A DNA stretch of 64,000 nt from Bacteroidales bacterium. Lineage in GTDB: Bacteria; Bacteroidota; Bacteroidia; Bacteroidales; WCHB1-69. Of the stretch, positions 62,612 to 64,000 are shown in pieces. Position numbers and translations under genes: made by a program. The stretch lies in the NCBI GenBank assembly GCA_045598105.1, contig JAZLLK010000088.1:9749-73748 (forward strand), written 5' to 3'. Numbering within the stretch: the stretch's first letter is position 1; each line of letters begins with the position of its first letter. The notes beneath the pieces are model-generated. The model had not been told where the DNA came from and made no database searches. It saw nothing but the letters and a program-made list of their open reading frames with translations.

Positions 62612-64000
62612 ATGGCAAATACTAATAAGAATTACGTGAATGAATTGGTTCAGTTCCTTCAAAAAGAACCTAAAGATTTTACTAAGGCTGATATCATTAA
62701 GTACATAGAGGAAAATGAAATTAAAATGCTGGATTTCCACTATGTGGGAGGTGACGGTCGTATTAAATCACTTAATTTTGTAGTTTCGGACCGTGAATAT
62801 TTGGAACAGGTGCTCACCTTTGGTGAAAGAGTGGACGGCTCCAGCCTGTTTTCATTTGTGGAAGCAGGTTCCAGTGATTTGTATGTGGTGCCCCGTTTCA
62901 GTTCGGCATTTGTAGATCCTTTTGCTCAGCTGCCTACTTTAGGTATTATGTGTTCCTATTACACTAAGGACGGGCTTCCGCTGGAAACATCACCGGAGTA
63001 CGTGTTGAAGAAGGCCGCCCAATCGTTCCGTGAAGTTACGGGCATGGAGTATCAAACCATGGGTGAATTGGAATATTACGTAATAGGCAGTGCCCAGGAT
63101 TTGTTTCCGGCTACTGACCAAAAGGGCTATCATGAATCAGCTCCTTTTGCAAAATTTGAAAGTTTTAGAGCCGAATGTATGTATTTGATATCCAAGGTGG
63201 GCGGTATGATTAAATACGGACACTCTGAGGTAGGTAACTTTACATTGGGTGATAAAATATATGAGCAAAATGAAATAGAATTTTTGGTTACCAATGTAGA
63301 AGAATCGGCTAATCAGCTTATTATGGCCAAATGGATAATTCGTAAGCTGGCTTACGAATACGGATTGGATGTTACATTTGCTGCCAAAATCACCACCGGC
63401 AAGGCCGGTAGCGGCATGCACATACACACCCGCATAGTAGATAAGAACGGTAAAAACTGCATGGTTACCGATGGCAGGCTGAACGAAACAGCCCGCAAGG
63501 CCATAGCCGGTTATATGGAATGTGCACCTTCACTTACCGCTTTTGGTAATATGAATCCTACCTCGTATTTCCGTTTGGTTCCTCATCAGGAGGCACCTAC
63601 CACCGTATGCTGGGGTGACCGCAACCGCTCCGTGCTGGTAAGAGTACCGCTGGGATGGACAGCCAAGGGTGATATGCTTTCTATAGAAAATCCTAAAGAA
63701 AAGCCCACCACCATGGACGGCTCACAAAAACAAACCGTAGAATTCCGTTGTCCTGACGGCTCCGCCAATATATATTTATTATTGGCAGGCCTTGCAGTGG
63801 CAGCCCGTACCGGTTTTGAAATGGAAAACGCCATGCAGAAGGCCGAGGCCACATACGTGGATGTAAATATATTTGAAGAACAATATAAAGACAAGGTTGC
63901 AAAATTGAACAGCCTGCCTGCCTCCTGCCATGAATCGGCTGAAATGCTGAATAAGCAAAGGGCTATATATGAAAAGCACGGTGTATTCACCGCTAAAATG
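62612..64000 (+). CDS. glnA: glutamine synthetase (about 500-aa type I-family form), C-terminus beyond the window end
   Basis: Absent from the ORF track because there is no stop in the window. The frame is open from the ATG at 62612 to 64000 (463 codons). Motifs: GELEYYV, KAGSGMHIH, NPTSYFRLVPHQEAP and WGDRNRSVLVRVP. Confidence 0.85.
   Translation, partial: MANTNKNYVNELVQFLQKEPKDFTKADIIKYIEENEIKMLDFHYVGGDGRIKSLNFVVSDREYLEQVLTFGERVDGSSLFSFVEAGSSDLYVVPRFSSAFVDPFAQLPTLGIMCSYYTKDGLPLETSPEYVLKKAAQSFREVTGMEYQTMGELEYYVIGSAQDLFPATDQKGYHESAPFAKFESFRAECMYLISKVGGMIKYGHSEVGNFTLGDKIYEQNEIEFLVTNVEESANQLIMAKWIIRKLAYEYGLDVTFAAKITTGKAGSGMHIHTRIVDKNGKNCMVTDGRLNETARKAIAGYMECAPSLTAFGNMNPTSYFRLVPHQEAPTTVCWGDRNRSVLVRVPLGWTAKGDMLSIENPKEKPTTMDGSQKQTVEFRCPDGSANIYLLLAGLAVAARTGFEMENAMQKAEATYVDVNIFEEQYKDKVAKLNSLPASCHESAEMLNKQRAIYEKHGVFTAKM

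Overview
The window reads as a gene-dense, mostly housekeeping chromosomal segment of a Bacteroidota bacterium. Three things support that assignment: T9SS C-terminal sorting domains, a GldH-like lipoprotein, and the TAnnTTTG -7 promoter box recurring 16-70 nt upstream of most start codons, while Shine-Dalgarno sequences are almost absent. I support about 49 protein genes. Two of them are truncated by the window edges and absent from the ORF track: fumC at the 5' edge and glnA at the 3' edge. There is also one tRNA-Val(TAC), one decayed lipoprotein pseudogene, several intrinsic terminators and one clear palindromic operator. Recognisable genes include purN, tamB, rpsF-rpsR-rplI, adk, obg, tsaE, ftcD, polA, pheT, tlyA, manA, ptb, frr, pyrH, msrA and dcp. 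I saw no rRNA, CRISPR array, transposase, integrase or phage or defence genes. Items worth a second look, in rough order: (1) a TetR-controlled operon with a double BcrAD/HgdC-type ATPase and a Cys-rich DUF2229/HgdB-like partner of unknown substrate, with a tandem perfect-palindrome operator; (2) an ORF-free, promoter-free spacer of about 0.85 kb bounded by 34-nt direct repeats; (3) a secreted Tyr/Asn- and Ser/Thr-rich low-complexity protein built from tandem DNA repeats, with an unusually strong SD; (4) Obg with its conserved RREK segment replaced by a 9-bp tandem repeat; (5) a Big_2 lipoprotein gene with in-frame TAA and TAG stops plus a frameshift; (6) an OmpA-family protein with a C-terminal retropepsin-like domain lacking the catalytic Asp. 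I cannot identify a clear-cut novel system from sequence alone. All function calls come from motifs I recognised by eye, not from database searches.
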